Assembly (NCBI GenBank): GCA_013265495.1 | Contig: MU058294.1 | Span: 62,001-126,000 of the forward strand | From: Vicugna vicugna | Taxonomy: Eukaryota | Length of the DNA stretch: 64,000 nt | Direction: 5' to 3' | Shown here: in pieces, positions 39,316-52,690 of the stretch | Numbering within the stretch: the stretch's first letter is position 1 | Layout of the letters: the number at the start of each line of letters is the position of its first letter | Program-made: the position numbers and the translations under genes | Notes under the pieces: generated by a model | Told to the model about the DNA's origin: nothing | What the model saw: the letters and a program-made list of their open reading frames with translations, nothing else | Databases searched by the model: none

Positions 39316-39469
39316 ACCTCTGTAGGAACGCATCCAATAAAAAGCTGAGCTCTTAAAAAACAAACAAACAAAAAAACAAAAAATAAAACCCCAGGCTTTA
39401 TTTCACCTTCATTTTGAAAGATTTTAGATGGAAATAGAATTATAGATTGACAGTCCCCTTTCAGCTTTT

Positions 39470-40010
39470 TTCCTTCCAGTTTTATTGAGATATAATTGAC
39501 ATACAGCACTAATAAGTGTATGGTGTCAGCATAATGATTTGACTTCCATACATCAGGAAATGATTATCACAATAAGGTTAATGAAATTCATCATCTCATA
39601 TAGATACGAGAGTAAAGAAATAGGAAAAAAATTGTTTCTGTTAATAAGAACTCTTAGGATTTACTCTCTTAACAACTTTCATATATAATTATACAGCAGT
39701 ATTAATTATACTTATGTTGTACATTACATCCCTAGTACTTATTTATCTTATAACTGGAAGTTTGTACTTTTTAACCACCTTCTTCCAGACTCCCTTCAAC
39801 CTCATGCCTATGTTAGCTATACATCTGATCTCTTTATGAGTTTGTTTTTGAAGTATGAATGTCCTACATCACTATGTTAGTTCCTGTTACACAACATGAC
39901 TTGGTGCTTTTATACATTTCAAAATGATCACTACAATAAGTCTAGTTATCATACGTTACCACAGAAAGTTATTACATAGTTATGTCCTATATTCTCCACT
40001 CTGTACATAG
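39470..40010 (-). mobile_element. L1 3' UTR fragment
   Basis: ttttattgagatataattgacatacagcact...ttatcttataactggaagtttgtac. Confidence 0.8.
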
Positions 40011-40747
40011 CAATCATCTCTCTTTCCCTCTACCTCTCGCTTCTTTCTTTTGAAAATGTTTCTTATAATTTCAAAAGTAGTACTGTAATTTGTCATTTTA
40101 GGAGATGGTGGTGTTCAAAGATGTAGCTATAGATGTTTCTCAGGAGGAATGGGATTGCCTGAACCCTGTGCAGAAGACTTTATAAAAGATGTGATGTTGG
40201 AGAACTATAGGAACTTGGTTTCACTGGGTAAAGTTATCTGCCTCTAACAACTCAGAATCTGTTTCTTGGAATTTCTGCTTTCTCCACTATGAATTTTAGG
40301 TCTACCTTTCAAACAACTAGATGAATTTTCTCTTTGTGTAGAAATGAGCACAGCTAGATGGAGGTGCACCTTCATTGTCTCCATCCTCACACCTTTCTCT
40401 TATCCTTTCTTATAACTGACTTTCTTTCTTGATGATTAAGGAGCAGTATTGGAATCCTGTACCATTAAAGCTTAACGTGGTCAAAGAAGCCAGGCTTTGT
40501 CTTTTGTTTCGCTTGCACTGTACTAAACATGCAGGTTGCACTAGCATAGATAAAACTAAACACACAGGTCCTGGGGTGAAGCTTTTTAGCCTTCTCAATT
40601 AACATAGTAATGGAGTGGATTAAGAAATGTCATCTGCTTTACATGTAGCCTTCATGGATCAAAAAATAGAATCCTGTTCCTTGTCTTCTATAGAGACTTT
40701 TACTCATTATTTCTTAAAGAAAAAAACAAAAAACCCACAAGTGAGGT

Positions 40748-41165
40748 ACAAGCATACCTCTGAGACATGGGTTTGTTTCCAGACCACCGCAATAAAGCAG
40801 ACAAGTTTTTTGGTTTCCCAGTGCATATAAAAGTTATGTTTACACTATACTGTAGTCTATTAAGTGTATAATAACATACGCAAAAATGCACATATTTTAT
40901 TAAAAAATACTTCATTGCTAAAAAGTGAGTTGTAATCTTTTTACATTAGTAACATCGAAGATCATTGATCATAGATCATCATAAAATATTTAATAAAGAA
41001 AAAGTTTGAAATATTGTGAGAATTACCAAAATGTGATGAAGAGACAGAAAGTGAGCAAATGTTAGAAAATAGCACTAATAGACTTGCTTGACACAAGCTG
41101 TCAATTTGTAAAAAATGCAATATCTACAAAGTGCAGTAGAGCTAATAAGCACAATAAAACATAAC
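40748..41165 (-). mobile_element. Internally deleted Tigger1-type DNA transposon
   Basis: caagcatacctc..ttccagaccaccgcaataaagc at one end and tcaatttgtaaaaaatgcaatatct..caataaaac at the other correspond to the two Tigger1 termini. Confidence 0.8.
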
Positions 41166-41794
41166 AAAAAAAGTGTCATCTACTATTTACAGCTGAAATG
41201 AACACTATTCCATTTACTACAACAAATATACTCTCTTTTAAACAATTTGCATTTGGAAGTTACATCCTAAGAAGTTTGCATGTAACATGGGAAAATATCT
41301 GAGAGTATTTTGTGAAATGCCTTTTTTTCCCTCAAAGAAAAATAAAGAGAGAGCTTATATAATTAAAATTAAATATTTAATTATAATATATAATATTCTA
41401 TATTATATATACCCCCTATTTGTTTGCTTTGTTTTTCATGATCCTGAGTTTATCTGAATATGAGAATTTGACCTTTCTTTCTTCTCTAGACCTTATCAAG
41501 TACCATCTATATATTTTTTTCATCAATTCTGAGTCACAGTATTTGGGTACTTTCACTTCCACCTCATTTCCATTTCTTTCCTTGTAACTAGAACTTTCTG
41601 TTTCTAAGCTGGCTGTGATCTCCTCATTGTAGCAAGGGAAGGAGCCCTGGACAGTTGTGAGGGAAGTGACAGGAGGATGGAGCCCAGGTGAGTGAGCTAC
41701 AATCAGCAAACAGGAAGTTCCTATTGCAAGGAGTAGGCCAACTGGTGAGAATGTTGGGCTGGTAAGGTTACTGTAGACAGAATAATTAGGGAAA

Positions 41795-42260
41795 ATCTTA
41801 TTTCAAAACTTATTACAATGTTACAGTAAACAAATAATGTGGTACTGGCATAAAGACAGACATATAGATGAATGGAATAGAATAGAGAGACCAGAAATAA
41901 ACCCTCAGATATATGGCAAAATTATTTTAGACAAGAGTGCCAAGACTATTCAGTGCGGGAAAGGACTGTACCCTTAACGAACGAAGCTGAGAAAACTGGA
42001 TACCCACAGGCAAAGGAATAAAGTTACATCCTTACCTTCTGTCATGTACAAAAGTTAACACAAAATGGATCAAAGTACCAAATTTAAGACTGAAAACTAT
42101 AAAACATCTAGGAGAAAACATCGGGGAAAAGCTTCATGAGTTGGATTTGGCAGTACTTTCTGGGATATGACACCAAGGCACAGGTAACCAAAACAAAATT
42201 AGACAAATGGCAGTACGTCTTTAAAACTTCTGTTTATCTGAAGATACATTCAACAGAGTG
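41795..42260 (+). mobile_element. L1 ORF2 fragment
   Basis: tgtggtactggcataaagacagacatatagatgaatggaatagaatagagagaccagaaataaaccc. Confidence 0.85.
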
Positions 42261-42789
42261 TACAGTAACTTAAAACAATTTATTCAAGTTGCTTTGCTAG
42301 GTGATGGGAATACATTTTTAAAGTGTTATAAACACATTTTCAATCCAGTAGTGGGTCATGAACATATGCATATATGTTCTAATAGAATAGTTTGGAAAAA
42401 TTAAGTTGATTAGAAACCATAAAGTTAAAGAAAATGACTACATTTAGGAGATAGTGATGGTAGAGGGATGATTGGGAAAGGAGTAGAGCCCTAGGAAAGT
42501 ATAAGGTCCTGAAGGCCAAGAGTGTGTTCATTCCACAAGTTAGAGTTCTTTGATGATATCTGTAACTCATTTGAGTACTCCAGAACTGTGAGAAGAGTGT
42601 ATTTCTGCTGTTTTAGGCCACCTAGTTTGTGGTACTTTGTTACATCAGCTCTAAGAAACTAATGCAGAGGGGAAACATAGGAAAATGATATATACTGTCC
42701 TAAGTTTTGCATTCATTTAAAGATGTTATTCTTTTTACCAACCTTTGATACCTGGCCAAGCCTTTCCTTTTGCATAGTTGTGATTTCTT

Positions 42790-45700
42790 TTTAAATTTTA
42801 AAATTTTGAAATAGTTATAGATTCACAGGAGGTTGCAAAGGAATATACAGGGATGCCCCATGTATCCTTCCTCTAGGCTCCCCTGATGTTAAAATCTTGC
42901 ACAACTATAGTACAGTATCATACTGAAAAAATGACATAATTATAATCCATAGAGCTTATTTGAATTTCACTACTTATAATGTGTGGGTATAGCTCCATGC
43001 ATAGCCTTGTATTACTATTTCAAGAGTCAGAGAGAGTACCATCACCACAAGACTCCCCTCCGGTTATCTCTTTATAGCTTACACCAGTCCCTTTCTCCTT
43101 TATTCCTAACCTTTGGTAACCACTAATCTATTCTACATATATATAATTATGTTATTTCATGAATGTTACATGAATGGAATCCTGCAGTGTATATCCTTTT
43201 AAGATTGGCTTTTTTCTTCTATCATATCATATATATGTATGATATATATATATCTTCTATCCTGTCATATATATGCTATATATGTACACGCACACATTTA
43301 TATATAAAGAATATAAGGAATATATATACACACACATATATAAACATAAGTTATATGTGTATGTTCCTTACATTCATGTAGAAGTTTATATTTGAAAATA
43401 AGTCTGGGATGAAGCTCAAGCATGTAATTTCTGGATGGCATGGGAAGCTCATTTTTAGTTTTGAAAGGAACTGCCAAACAGCAGCAATGTATGAGTGATC
43501 CATTTTACTCAACTTCAGTCAGCTTTTGGTGTTATTAGTTTTTCATTTTAGCCATTCTGATAGGTGGATAATGATATTTCATTGTAGTTTTTATTTGAAT
43601 TTCCTTAATAGAAAAGCATGTTTATTTGCATCTGTGTATCCTCTTCAGTGAAGTGTCTGTTCATGTCTTTTGCCCATGTTCTAATTTGATTGTTTGGCTT
43701 TTTAGTGTTGAATTTGCAAAGTTCTTTACATATTTTAGATTGGCTTTTGTTGGATATATGACTTAAATATATATTTTCTCCAAGCCTGTAACTTGTGTTT
43801 TTATCCTTTTAACAGGGTCTTTTTGCAGAGAAAAAAAATTAATTTTGATGAAGTCTAATTTATTCATTTTTTTAAATCTTATAAGTTGTTAGGGGATTTT
43901 GTTGTTTTTTGTTTTTTTTGGTGTCAAGTCTAAGAACACTGCTTAGTCCTCGGTCCTAAAGATTTTCTTTCTTTTTTTCTTGAAGTTTTATAGCTGTACA
44001 TTTTCCATTTAAATCTGTAATCCATTTTGAGAGCTTTTTTTGTAGAAGAGACTTTAGGTCAAGGTTCATTTTTTTGCTTATGGATGTCTAATTGCTCCAA
44101 CCATTTACTTAAAAAGTTATCTTTCCTTCATTGAATTGCTTTTTTACCCTTGTCAGAAATTAGTTGAGCCCATTCATGTTGCTCCTTTTCTGAGTTTTGT
44201 GTTCTGTACCATTGATCTTTGTAACTATTCCTCTGCCAGAACTGTACTTCTTGATTACTGCAGTTAAATAGCTTTAATATTGGAAAGGGTGATTCTTCCC
44301 ACTTTATGATTTTCCACAGATTTTTGGCTATCCTTAGGGTCTTTTTCTTTGCATGTAAATTTTAGAATAAGCTTGTCTGTATCTATAAAAAACTTGCTGA
44401 GATTTTAATAGGAATTATGTCAAACCTATAGATGAAGTTAGAGAATTAACATCTTCACTCTGTTGAGTTTTCTAATCCATGAAAACAGCATGTTGCTTCA
44501 AGTATCTTTTTCTTTGATTTCTTTTATTAGCATTTTATAATTTTCATCATATATAATCTCTACATGTTTTGTTAATTTTTTTACCTAGGTATTTCTTTTT
44601 TCAAAGCATTTGTAAATGGTATTGCATTTTTATTTTGGCTTCCACTTATTGCCAATGTACAGAAAGAGCTTCAGCTGATTCTATATGTTAATCTTGTATT
44701 CTAGGAACATACTCAATGCACTTATTAGTACTAGTACTAGTTTTTCCTTGTAGAGTCATTCTTTCAGACAATCATCAAATAGAGCGTTCTTTTCCTTTTC
44801 CAATCTATGCTCTTTATTTCTTTTTCTTGCCTTATTGGAACAGCTAGAACTATGTCCTGTGTTGACGAAGAGTGCTAATAGTCGACACCCTTGCCTTTTC
44901 CCCAATTTTAGAGGGAAAACATTCAAGGGTTTGGTCTTTTGCCATTAAGTATTATGATAGCTGTAAGTTTTTTTTGTAGATGCTCTTTATGAAGTTGAGG
45001 AAGGTCCCCTTTCTTCCTAATGCCCTGAGAGGTTTTTTTTTTTTTAAATCATGAATGGGTGTTAATATGATCATATAATAAGAAGGCTTTTCTTTTTTAG
45101 TTGTTGATATGATGGATTACATTAATTTTTGAATATTGAATCAGCCTTTGCACCTGTAATAAATCCCACTTAGTCATAATATATTATTCTTTCTGTTCAC
45201 TTTTGGATTTGATTGTTAAAATTTAATTGAGGATTTTTTACATCTAAGTTCATGAGAGATAGTGGTCTGCAGTTTTCTTTTTTGTGCTGCCTTTGCCTGG
45301 TTTTGGTATCAGTGATAATGACCTCATAAAGTAAGTTGGGAAGTATTTGCTTTTCATCTATTTTCTGGAAGTAATTGTGTAAAACATTCTGTGAATGTTT
45401 GGTAAAATTCTCCAGTGAAAGTATCTGGACCTGGATATTTCTTTTGGGAGATCTTTTAAATTATAAATTAAATTGCTGTAATAGTTATAGAACTATTCAG
45501 ATTATGTTTCATCTTGACTGAGTTTTAGTAGTTTGTGATTTTCAAGAAATTGGCTGATTTCTTCTAAATTGTCAAAGTTATGAGTGTAAAGTTTATTTAT
45601 TATAATTTATTTATATATATCCATGTACATAAAGAGTACATATATATATATACATATATCTTTATAATCCTTCAAATTTTTTTTTCTTCAAGGCTTTCTC

Positions 45701-45975
45701 TTTCACCCATGGATTATTTACAAGTGTGTTATTTGGAGTTGTTTGGAGATTTTCCTGTTGTCTTTCTTTTATAGTTTGATTCCATAATGGTCTCATGTGA
45801 AAGTCAGAGGGACCTGTCCACAAGAATCTTCCCTCACTGACAGGTGTAAGGTGATATTTCATTTGTGGTTTTGATTTGCGTTTCTCTGATGTTGAGCATC
45901 TTTTCATGTGCCTGTTGACCATCTGTATGTCTTCTTTGGAAAAATGACTATTCAGGTCTTTTGTCCATTTTTTAA
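42790..45975 (-). mobile_element. Old L1MC/MD-type element (3' end plus ORF2), with a different L1 fragment at about 45835-45975
   Basis: T-rich antisense L1 motifs (ggttttggtatcagtgataat, tgttcatgtcttttgccca); ORF 45662..45922 [12 protein letters not shown]. Confidence 0.8.
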
Positions 45976-47004
45976 TATCTCTTCAGTGTCCATCTAAATA
46001 GTTATATGGCTTTGATGGTTTGGCAGCATGAAGCAAAATTAAGTTTTTTAAAATACCTGCATTAATGGGCTTTTAGATATATTAAAAGAGTGGGTCACTT
46101 TCTGACCTCAGAAACACATACTTATCTAACTTGGAGTTTGATAATTTGCTTTTCAGCTGTCACCAGTTTCCTTATGCTGGTCTATATGTAGTGAACGCTG
46201 AGGAGTAAGCTGTTTTACACATCAGACACAATTCCTATGCTGTTAACTAATGCGTTATCTATTGGAGATGCATATAAGTTAATCTCCACATAAAATTATC
46301 TCCTCAATAAAGCTCTTCTATGCTCCCTTTATATCATTACTATTTCTTCAAATAGTAATAAATAGCTTATTTTAGAAGCAAGCCTATTTTATCATCCACA
46401 TGTTATATAGGATGTGGTTTGACCACATGAATTGTGTGCATGTATATGTTTTCTGAAGACATGAGGAAACTAAATACCTACTAAAGAAAAAAACGGTTTA
46501 GGAAGAGATCACAATACAATCAAAACAATCATAGACATCTGTGTTTTATAAATAACTAACAAAAAATGTTGACTTCAAAGGCAGAATAATAAACGGGCTA
46601 AGTGGAGACAAAAGCATCCCAACTGTAAAAGGCCAATCACAGAGGAAGTGGTGCACTACCAACTTGCCTCTTTTTCTAAACCACATATACTGGAGAAACA
46701 TCATGTTAAGTAAAAACCATCTTCTTCAGTGCATAAAGAAGGTACAGAAGAAGTGAACTGGGAAGCACTTCTCTTTAATTAGCTACAGTCCATAATAGGC
46801 CTGCCTGGCTAGACTTCCTGAAGTACTTTAGTCATAGTAGGTAGGAATTAACTCATCTTTTTACCCCCAAAATATGCTTACAGTAAAGGGAGTGCTATTT
46901 TCTACACATGATGGAAATCTTTACGTTGGTACAAAAGAGTAAAGATATTAATTCCCTTAAGAAAGTCCTTGAATATTCTCAGGACAGATTTTCAACCGCA
47001 GATA

Positions 47005-47047
47005 AAATAAACTGCTTCTCTCTGTCAAATAAACTGCTTCTCTCTGT
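47005..47047 (+). repeat. Perfect 21-bp tandem duplication
   Basis: aaataaactgcttctctctgt at 47005-47025 and 47027-47047. Confidence 0.9.
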
Positions 47048-48654
47048 GTGCAAGTGAGAAGAATCTAGGTAGACTGTATAATCTACTAAGTCATTCCCCT
47101 CTAGGTTAAGTGGTATTGCTAGTGATAATAAGGGTGCCAGAACTGGAAGTGTGACTGAAACAGTGCCTGATGAGCACATCCCACAAAGCAAACTAGAGAG
47201 GATAGGGAAGAACATAGGTGAAAAGCGGGGTGCATCTCCAGGAACTGGAAAACAATACAGTGCTTATAAGCAGTGAAATTTTAAAATAACCTTGGAATCA
47301 GAATATCTGAGTTCTAGTCCCAGCTATGACATGTTGTGTGACTTTGGATAAGACCTGCCCTTCTTGTCTTACAGAATCCTTCAGCTCTTAGGTTCTAGAA
47401 TCCCATGAAATTATGATGTTGACATCTGCATGGATATACCTATAATTCTAGGAGCTCAGCCTTGGTTCAAGGCAGTCCCGGATAAAATTTTAAGTCTAGT
47501 ACATCCCCAGATAACCTTCCTCTTGTGTTGTAATTTGAAGGAACATTTGCTGTTCTATTTCTTTGCCTCACAAGCAGCCAGCAGTTTTCCTCCAAATAAG
47601 GCTTCCCCTCCCCATCTAATCCCTGATCACTGTGTTTATCCTAGTGTATTTTCACTGCTTCTATTTCCATTCCATTTTGTATAGGAGGACCAACTTCTGT
47701 CTTGATGAATGAATCTCCTGAGAGAAGTAATCCATTTTTATAAACATTCTAGTAAGGTAATTTCCACTCAAAATATAAAGCTGACATTTGTACATATTTC
47801 TGTCTACATTTATAAATTGACTTGAGCATGAGAGCACATAAATAAGAGATGGGGTCTTGAGACAGCTTAAAGAAAAAAGGGCTAGAGAGAGGAGAGCAAA
47901 GGAGGAAAGGAAAGCAAAGGAGAGGAAATAGAAAATAGGAGAAATAACAAAATAAATCACCTGTCAGAGCAGTGAGACATTATGCCATCTGTATTATCTG
48001 AATAAGCACCAAATCAAAAATTTTCCTGGTTAAGAAAATGTGACAAGAGAACAACAACAGAAAAACAAATAAGCAAACAACATATTACTAAATATAACAC
48101 TTCAGAAGGTTTGCAAGAATTTGGAAAACTCAAGCCTAAGTAATTTTAACTGTTTGTCAATACCACTAAATTACATTACGACTGGACTAAGAGGCTACAT
48201 TATTCTGTAGTTCAGAAATGTTTCTCTGCCCTCTGAGTATCTGATGCCTTCATTCATCACTGTTCATCCGGATTTCAGACAGCTATCCTCCAAGTTCTTT
48301 GATGACTAGAAGTATGTGAGCTGGTTTGAGATGACCTAGGAGGCATTCATTATCCCCAAAAAACAATTGGGGGCACTACTGGGCATTTTTGGTCACAGTG
48401 AAATTTACTTTGATAGTGTAATATCATGTCTCTCACTTACCTATTTTTTGGAATAGAACTTTGTAGAGAGAGCAATCAAGAGTCCTTGGTTTCTGCAGCC
48501 ACACTATAAAGCCTTACCTTCACCTGCCACCTAACAAATGTGTGATCAGGGTGGATGAACCAGAGTATGCTTACCATCACTTCAAGGTACACTGCTTAAA
48601 ACAGATAACTCTCTGAAAATGGGGCTGTATGTAAATAAGATGTCTTCCTATAAT

Positions 48655-49480
48655 ATCATTTCTTTCATTCCTTCAATGTTTAAGTCACTGTTAAGCTAAG
48701 CATTGTGCTAAGAATTAAAGGTAAAATTAGGAGCAGAACAGACACATGGAGCTTAGAGTTTAATGGAAGAAACAGACACAAGTAAAATTATCACGTAAAC
48801 AAATATATTAATTTAAAATTATTAGAAAACTATGAAGAAAGATTTGGCATGACAGCAAATAACAGAAAAAGACAAATCTAGCCTGAAGTCAGAAGCTTCT
48901 CTAAGGAGATGCTGTTGCAGCAGACTACTGAAGGAGAGAATGAACTAAACAGATAAACTAGATACAAATGGGAGAAAGATATCCAAGCAGAGTTAAGTAT
49001 CCTGAGGTATGAGACAGCATGGAACTTCGGAGGAGCTAAAAGAAAGCCCAGCCATTGTCAATGGGCCAAGAGTAAGAGCAACGAGATGAAGATAAAGAAG
49101 TGGTCAAGGCCAGAGCATGCAGGAAATTATAGGCCATGATAAGGATTTTGGACTTCATCCTAAAAGCAGTGACAGCATCAGAACTAAGCAGGGGAATGGC
49201 ATATCAGTTTCTTCATTCTCTTAACTATAGTGAAGAAAGACAACAATGGATTGAAGAGATCTATTAGAAAGCTAGAGTTCTGGGTAATTTTGAATTACAT
49301 CATTGCTGGGTAGTTGTTAAGTATACAAAAATATTTATGAAGTAAAATCAACAGGTGTTGGATAAGTTGATGAGGAAGAGGGAAATGTAAAGGAAGGCTT
49401 GTAGATTTCTGGCTTGTGCAAGTTGGTAGATGGTTGTGTCATTCATTACATAGGAAGCATGGAAGAGGACCAGACGGGAG
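48655..49480 (-). mobile_element. L2 LINE remnant
   Basis: ttcattccttcaa..gcattgtgctaag..taggccatgataaggattttggacttcatcctaa..agatttctggcttgtgcaa. Confidence 0.75.
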
Positions 49481-50515
49481 CATTTATTTTATAACTGGAT
49501 GTTTGCACCTTTGGACCAACCATCTTCCTCAATTCCCCCTCCCTCCTCTAGCCTCTGGTAACCACAGTGTGATCTCTTTTTCTATGAGTTTGGATTTTGT
49601 CTTTTTTTTTTTCCAGATTCCATATACAAGTGAGATCATATGGTATTTGTCTTTGTCTGACTTGTTTCATTCAGCATAATGTACTCAAGGCCCACCCATG
49701 TAGTCTCAAATGGCAGGATATCCCCATTTTTATGGCTGAGTAATATTCCATTGTGTGTATATATGTATATACGTGTATGTATATGTGTACAAACACACAC
49801 ACACACAACATTTTCTTTATCCAGTCATCTGTAAATGAACACTTAGGTTGTTTCCATGTAAATTACATTGCTATGAACATGGAGGGGGATGTAGATATCT
49901 CTTTGACATAGTGTTTTCCTTTCCTTTGGCTATATTACCAGAGTGGAATTGCTGGATCATATGGTAGTTATATTTTTTTTTCTATCTATATATTTTTTTT
50001 ATTGAAGCGTAGTCAGTTTACAATGTAGTGTCAATTTCTGGTGTACAGCACAGTGCTTCAGTCATACATGAACATACATATATTCATTTTCATATCTATT
50101 TTTAATTTTTTGAGGCTCTTCCATACCCTTTTTCCATTGTGGCTTTACCACTTTAGAATCCCACCAACAGAACACAATGATTCCCTTTTTTTCCACATCC
50201 TCACCAGCATTTATCTCTTGTTTTTTTGATGATGGTCATTCTGACAGGTAATGGGATAATATCTCATTGGATTTTGATTTGCATTTCCCTAACAATCAGT
50301 GACGTTAAGCATCTTTTCATGTACCTGTTGGCCATTCATATATCTTCATTGAAAAAATGTCTTTTCAGGTCCTTTGCCCATTTTTAATTTGAATTATTTT
50401 TTCTTTGCTATTGAGTTGTATGAGTTCTTTATATATTTGGGGTATTAACCCCTTATCAGATACAAATATTTTTCCCATTTCATAGGCTGTCTTTTCACTT
50501 TCTTGATTGTTCATG
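49481..50515 (-). mobile_element. L1 3' region with a nested ~100-bp younger L1 3' tip (about 49990-50095)
   Basis: tttatggctgagtaatattccattgtgtgtat; nested ttttattgaagcgtagtcagtttacaatgtagtgtcaatttctggtgtacagc. Confidence 0.85.
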
Positions 50516-52264
50516 TGGTTTTAAATAGCAATTTTTCCCTTTTACCCTAAGTGTGTAACAATGAGCAAATTAATTAACCTTTATAAAGCTATGGTGGAGT
50601 ATACCTAAAGTATCTTATTTTACACCTTGATAAATATATGTTTAAAATCTAAAATGATCAGAATCTAACTTTATGTTCCCCCATTTTCCTGCATGAACCA
50701 TCTGCTCTATTCAAACTAAAATTAATCCCTCAATAAATTAACTAATATTATTAAATATCAGAAATTCATTGATTCATTCAAAAAAATAAGCTGTCAATGT
50801 ACTAGGTCTTAGGTCAGGGTATTGAAATGTTAAAGTATATACAGAAAGTAATATGAGCTTCATTTTATAGGTGAAGAAAACGAGATAAGAACTTTTCATT
50901 AGTTTAAAGTCACAAGTATTTGCTTAAACAAGTTACTAGCAAAAGGCCAAACCCAGGTTTCTTGGCTCCCATCTATAAATCATCAAAACTAAGTAACAAA
51001 AGGACATATGCATCACCTTAAATTACTTAGAAAGTTCCTAACATAGCTCACAGATTTTTCTAAAGTATAAGTTTATCTGAAAATAATTTACTGAATACCA
51101 ATGATATTTTATGGACCTTAGCCTCATTGTCAAGGCAAAGACTGATAACATTGTAATACCTCATGACTAACCTACTCCTCTATATCCTACCCTAGTTTTG
51201 CCTCCATTTCCATGTGAACTAAATCTGCACACAAAAATAGAAGCTATTTTGGTGACATTCTAGAAGGAAGGGCAAACTGGAAGAAAAAGGTTCCACCTAG
51301 AAGATACCTTTAGGTGTCTTGCTGTTTGCATTTTATTTTTTAAATTCCTTTCATTGGGAATGCTGAGTCACAGCTTTTTGAGGCAGGGTCAACTTAATTG
51401 AGATATAATTCACATATAAAAATTTACCAATTTTAAGTATATAATTTCAATGAGTCTTAACAAATATAAATTTGTAAGTTTTTAGGGTCATAGATTTCAC
51501 TTATGAATCTGATCTAATCTATGAAGACTCTCCCTTGAAAAATGCACATACACCAAATATGTTACATAAAATTTCAAAGACTTTATAGATATCCTAAAGC
51601 TTATCCATGCATCCTCACAGATAGACCCTAGGTTAAGAAACATTGATCAAGAAAGTACCTAAAAGGAATTATAGTCAAGTAAACATTCTTTTCAGGTTGA
51701 ACACTTTCTTCTTTATCCTATTCATAACATAAAGAATATTCTCTTATCTCACTTATCTCTAACATATATTCAGAAAATTGTTGTACATAATACTGAAATG
51801 TAGATCAGATTACATATAAAAGATATACTCCACTTAAAGATACTGCTTGCAAAAAACATACTTATGGTTTGGTTTTTGTCTCACAAAAACAAATAAACAA
51901 ACAAACAAAATACCACTGGATTTAAGTATAATTTATTTCAACAAGTTACACTGAGAGGTTGATAAATACCAAACCAAAGCAAAAGAAAAGCATCCTTATC
52001 TTGGGTAAATGCACCATTTTGGTTAGGCTTCTTGAAATATTAAAAATAGGTCACAGAGCCAGTTCTATTTTCAAGCAAGCATGAAACCCATAGATAGCAC
52101 TGGAAACTGGGAAAGGTACTCTTTAGATATCATTGTGACAAGTTTTAAGAACATCATCTTGGCATATGAAGGATCTGCCTGATACTACCAGCAAATGTAA
52201 CCCAAATGAAGAAACACTATGACACCAGCATAGCAAACAGTGTCAAAGTCTTCAGTGCCCTTTG

Positions 52265-52690
52265 GTTTTTTCTGCTGTGTAACAAATCACTCCAAAGCTT
52301 AGGGGCTTAAAACAAGAGAGCTGTGTTCTCTCTCACAGTTGTGTGTATGGCTTCAGGTCATATATAACTATAAATATGTGTACATATATAGATATCTTTC
52401 CACGTGACCTCTTCAAATGCCTTATCTGAGTAGCCTTGCAGCATGGAAATCTCAAGGTTAACTGAACTTCTTACATAGCAGGTGGCTTACCCCAGAATAA
52501 GCTTTCCAAGAAATCAGGGCAGAAGTTGCAGGGCTTTTTACGAACTGTCTTCAGAATACGTGCAGCATCAGTCTGGTTACAAAGAGCCAGCTCAGATTCA
52601 ATGTGTAGAAGACAGAGAAGGGCATAAATACCAAGAGGTGTGATTCACTGGAAAGGCAGGATCTTTGGAACCTAGTCGCCACATAACTAG
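52265..52690 (-). mobile_element. Old MaLR LTR (MLT1)
   Basis: tgctgtgtaacaaatcactccaaagcttaggggcttaaaacaa..gaacttcttacatagcaggtggc. Confidence 0.7.

Larger units (their letters stand above)
37240..39460 (-). mobile_element. Old L1M (antisense) hosting MER58 and the RPLP1 retrocopy
   Basis: ORF 37950..38186 MIKGSIHQDDTVILNMHGPNNNTASKY matches L1 EN; T-rich strand. Confidence 0.75.
34429..41687 (+). pseudogene. ZNF461: ZNF461 pseudogene: ATG exon 34429-34519, KRAB-A 40102-40227, KRAB-B 41592-41687
   Basis: ATGGCCCAT|gtaagt (MAH). EMVVFKDVAIDVSQEEWDCLNPVQKTL* from a 126-nt exon (1-nt deletion, TAA 40183-40185). LSVSKLAVISSL*QGKEPWTVVREVTGGWSP (TAG 41630-41632). Matches the recalled ZNF461 N-terminus MAHELVMFRDVAIDVSQEEW and its head-to-head position with ZNF567. 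Confidence 0.85.

Noticed and set aside
38827..39363. 178-aa and other ORFs overlapping RPLP1
   Set aside because: Antisense or out-of-frame shadows of the retrocopy.
47685..47743. Possible + strand terminal exon (tttgtatag|GA GGA CCA..NPFL*) phase-compatible with ZNF461 KRAB-B
   Set aside because: Only a single acceptor motif with no homology I recognise; upstream stops make a KRAB-only protein impossible anyway.
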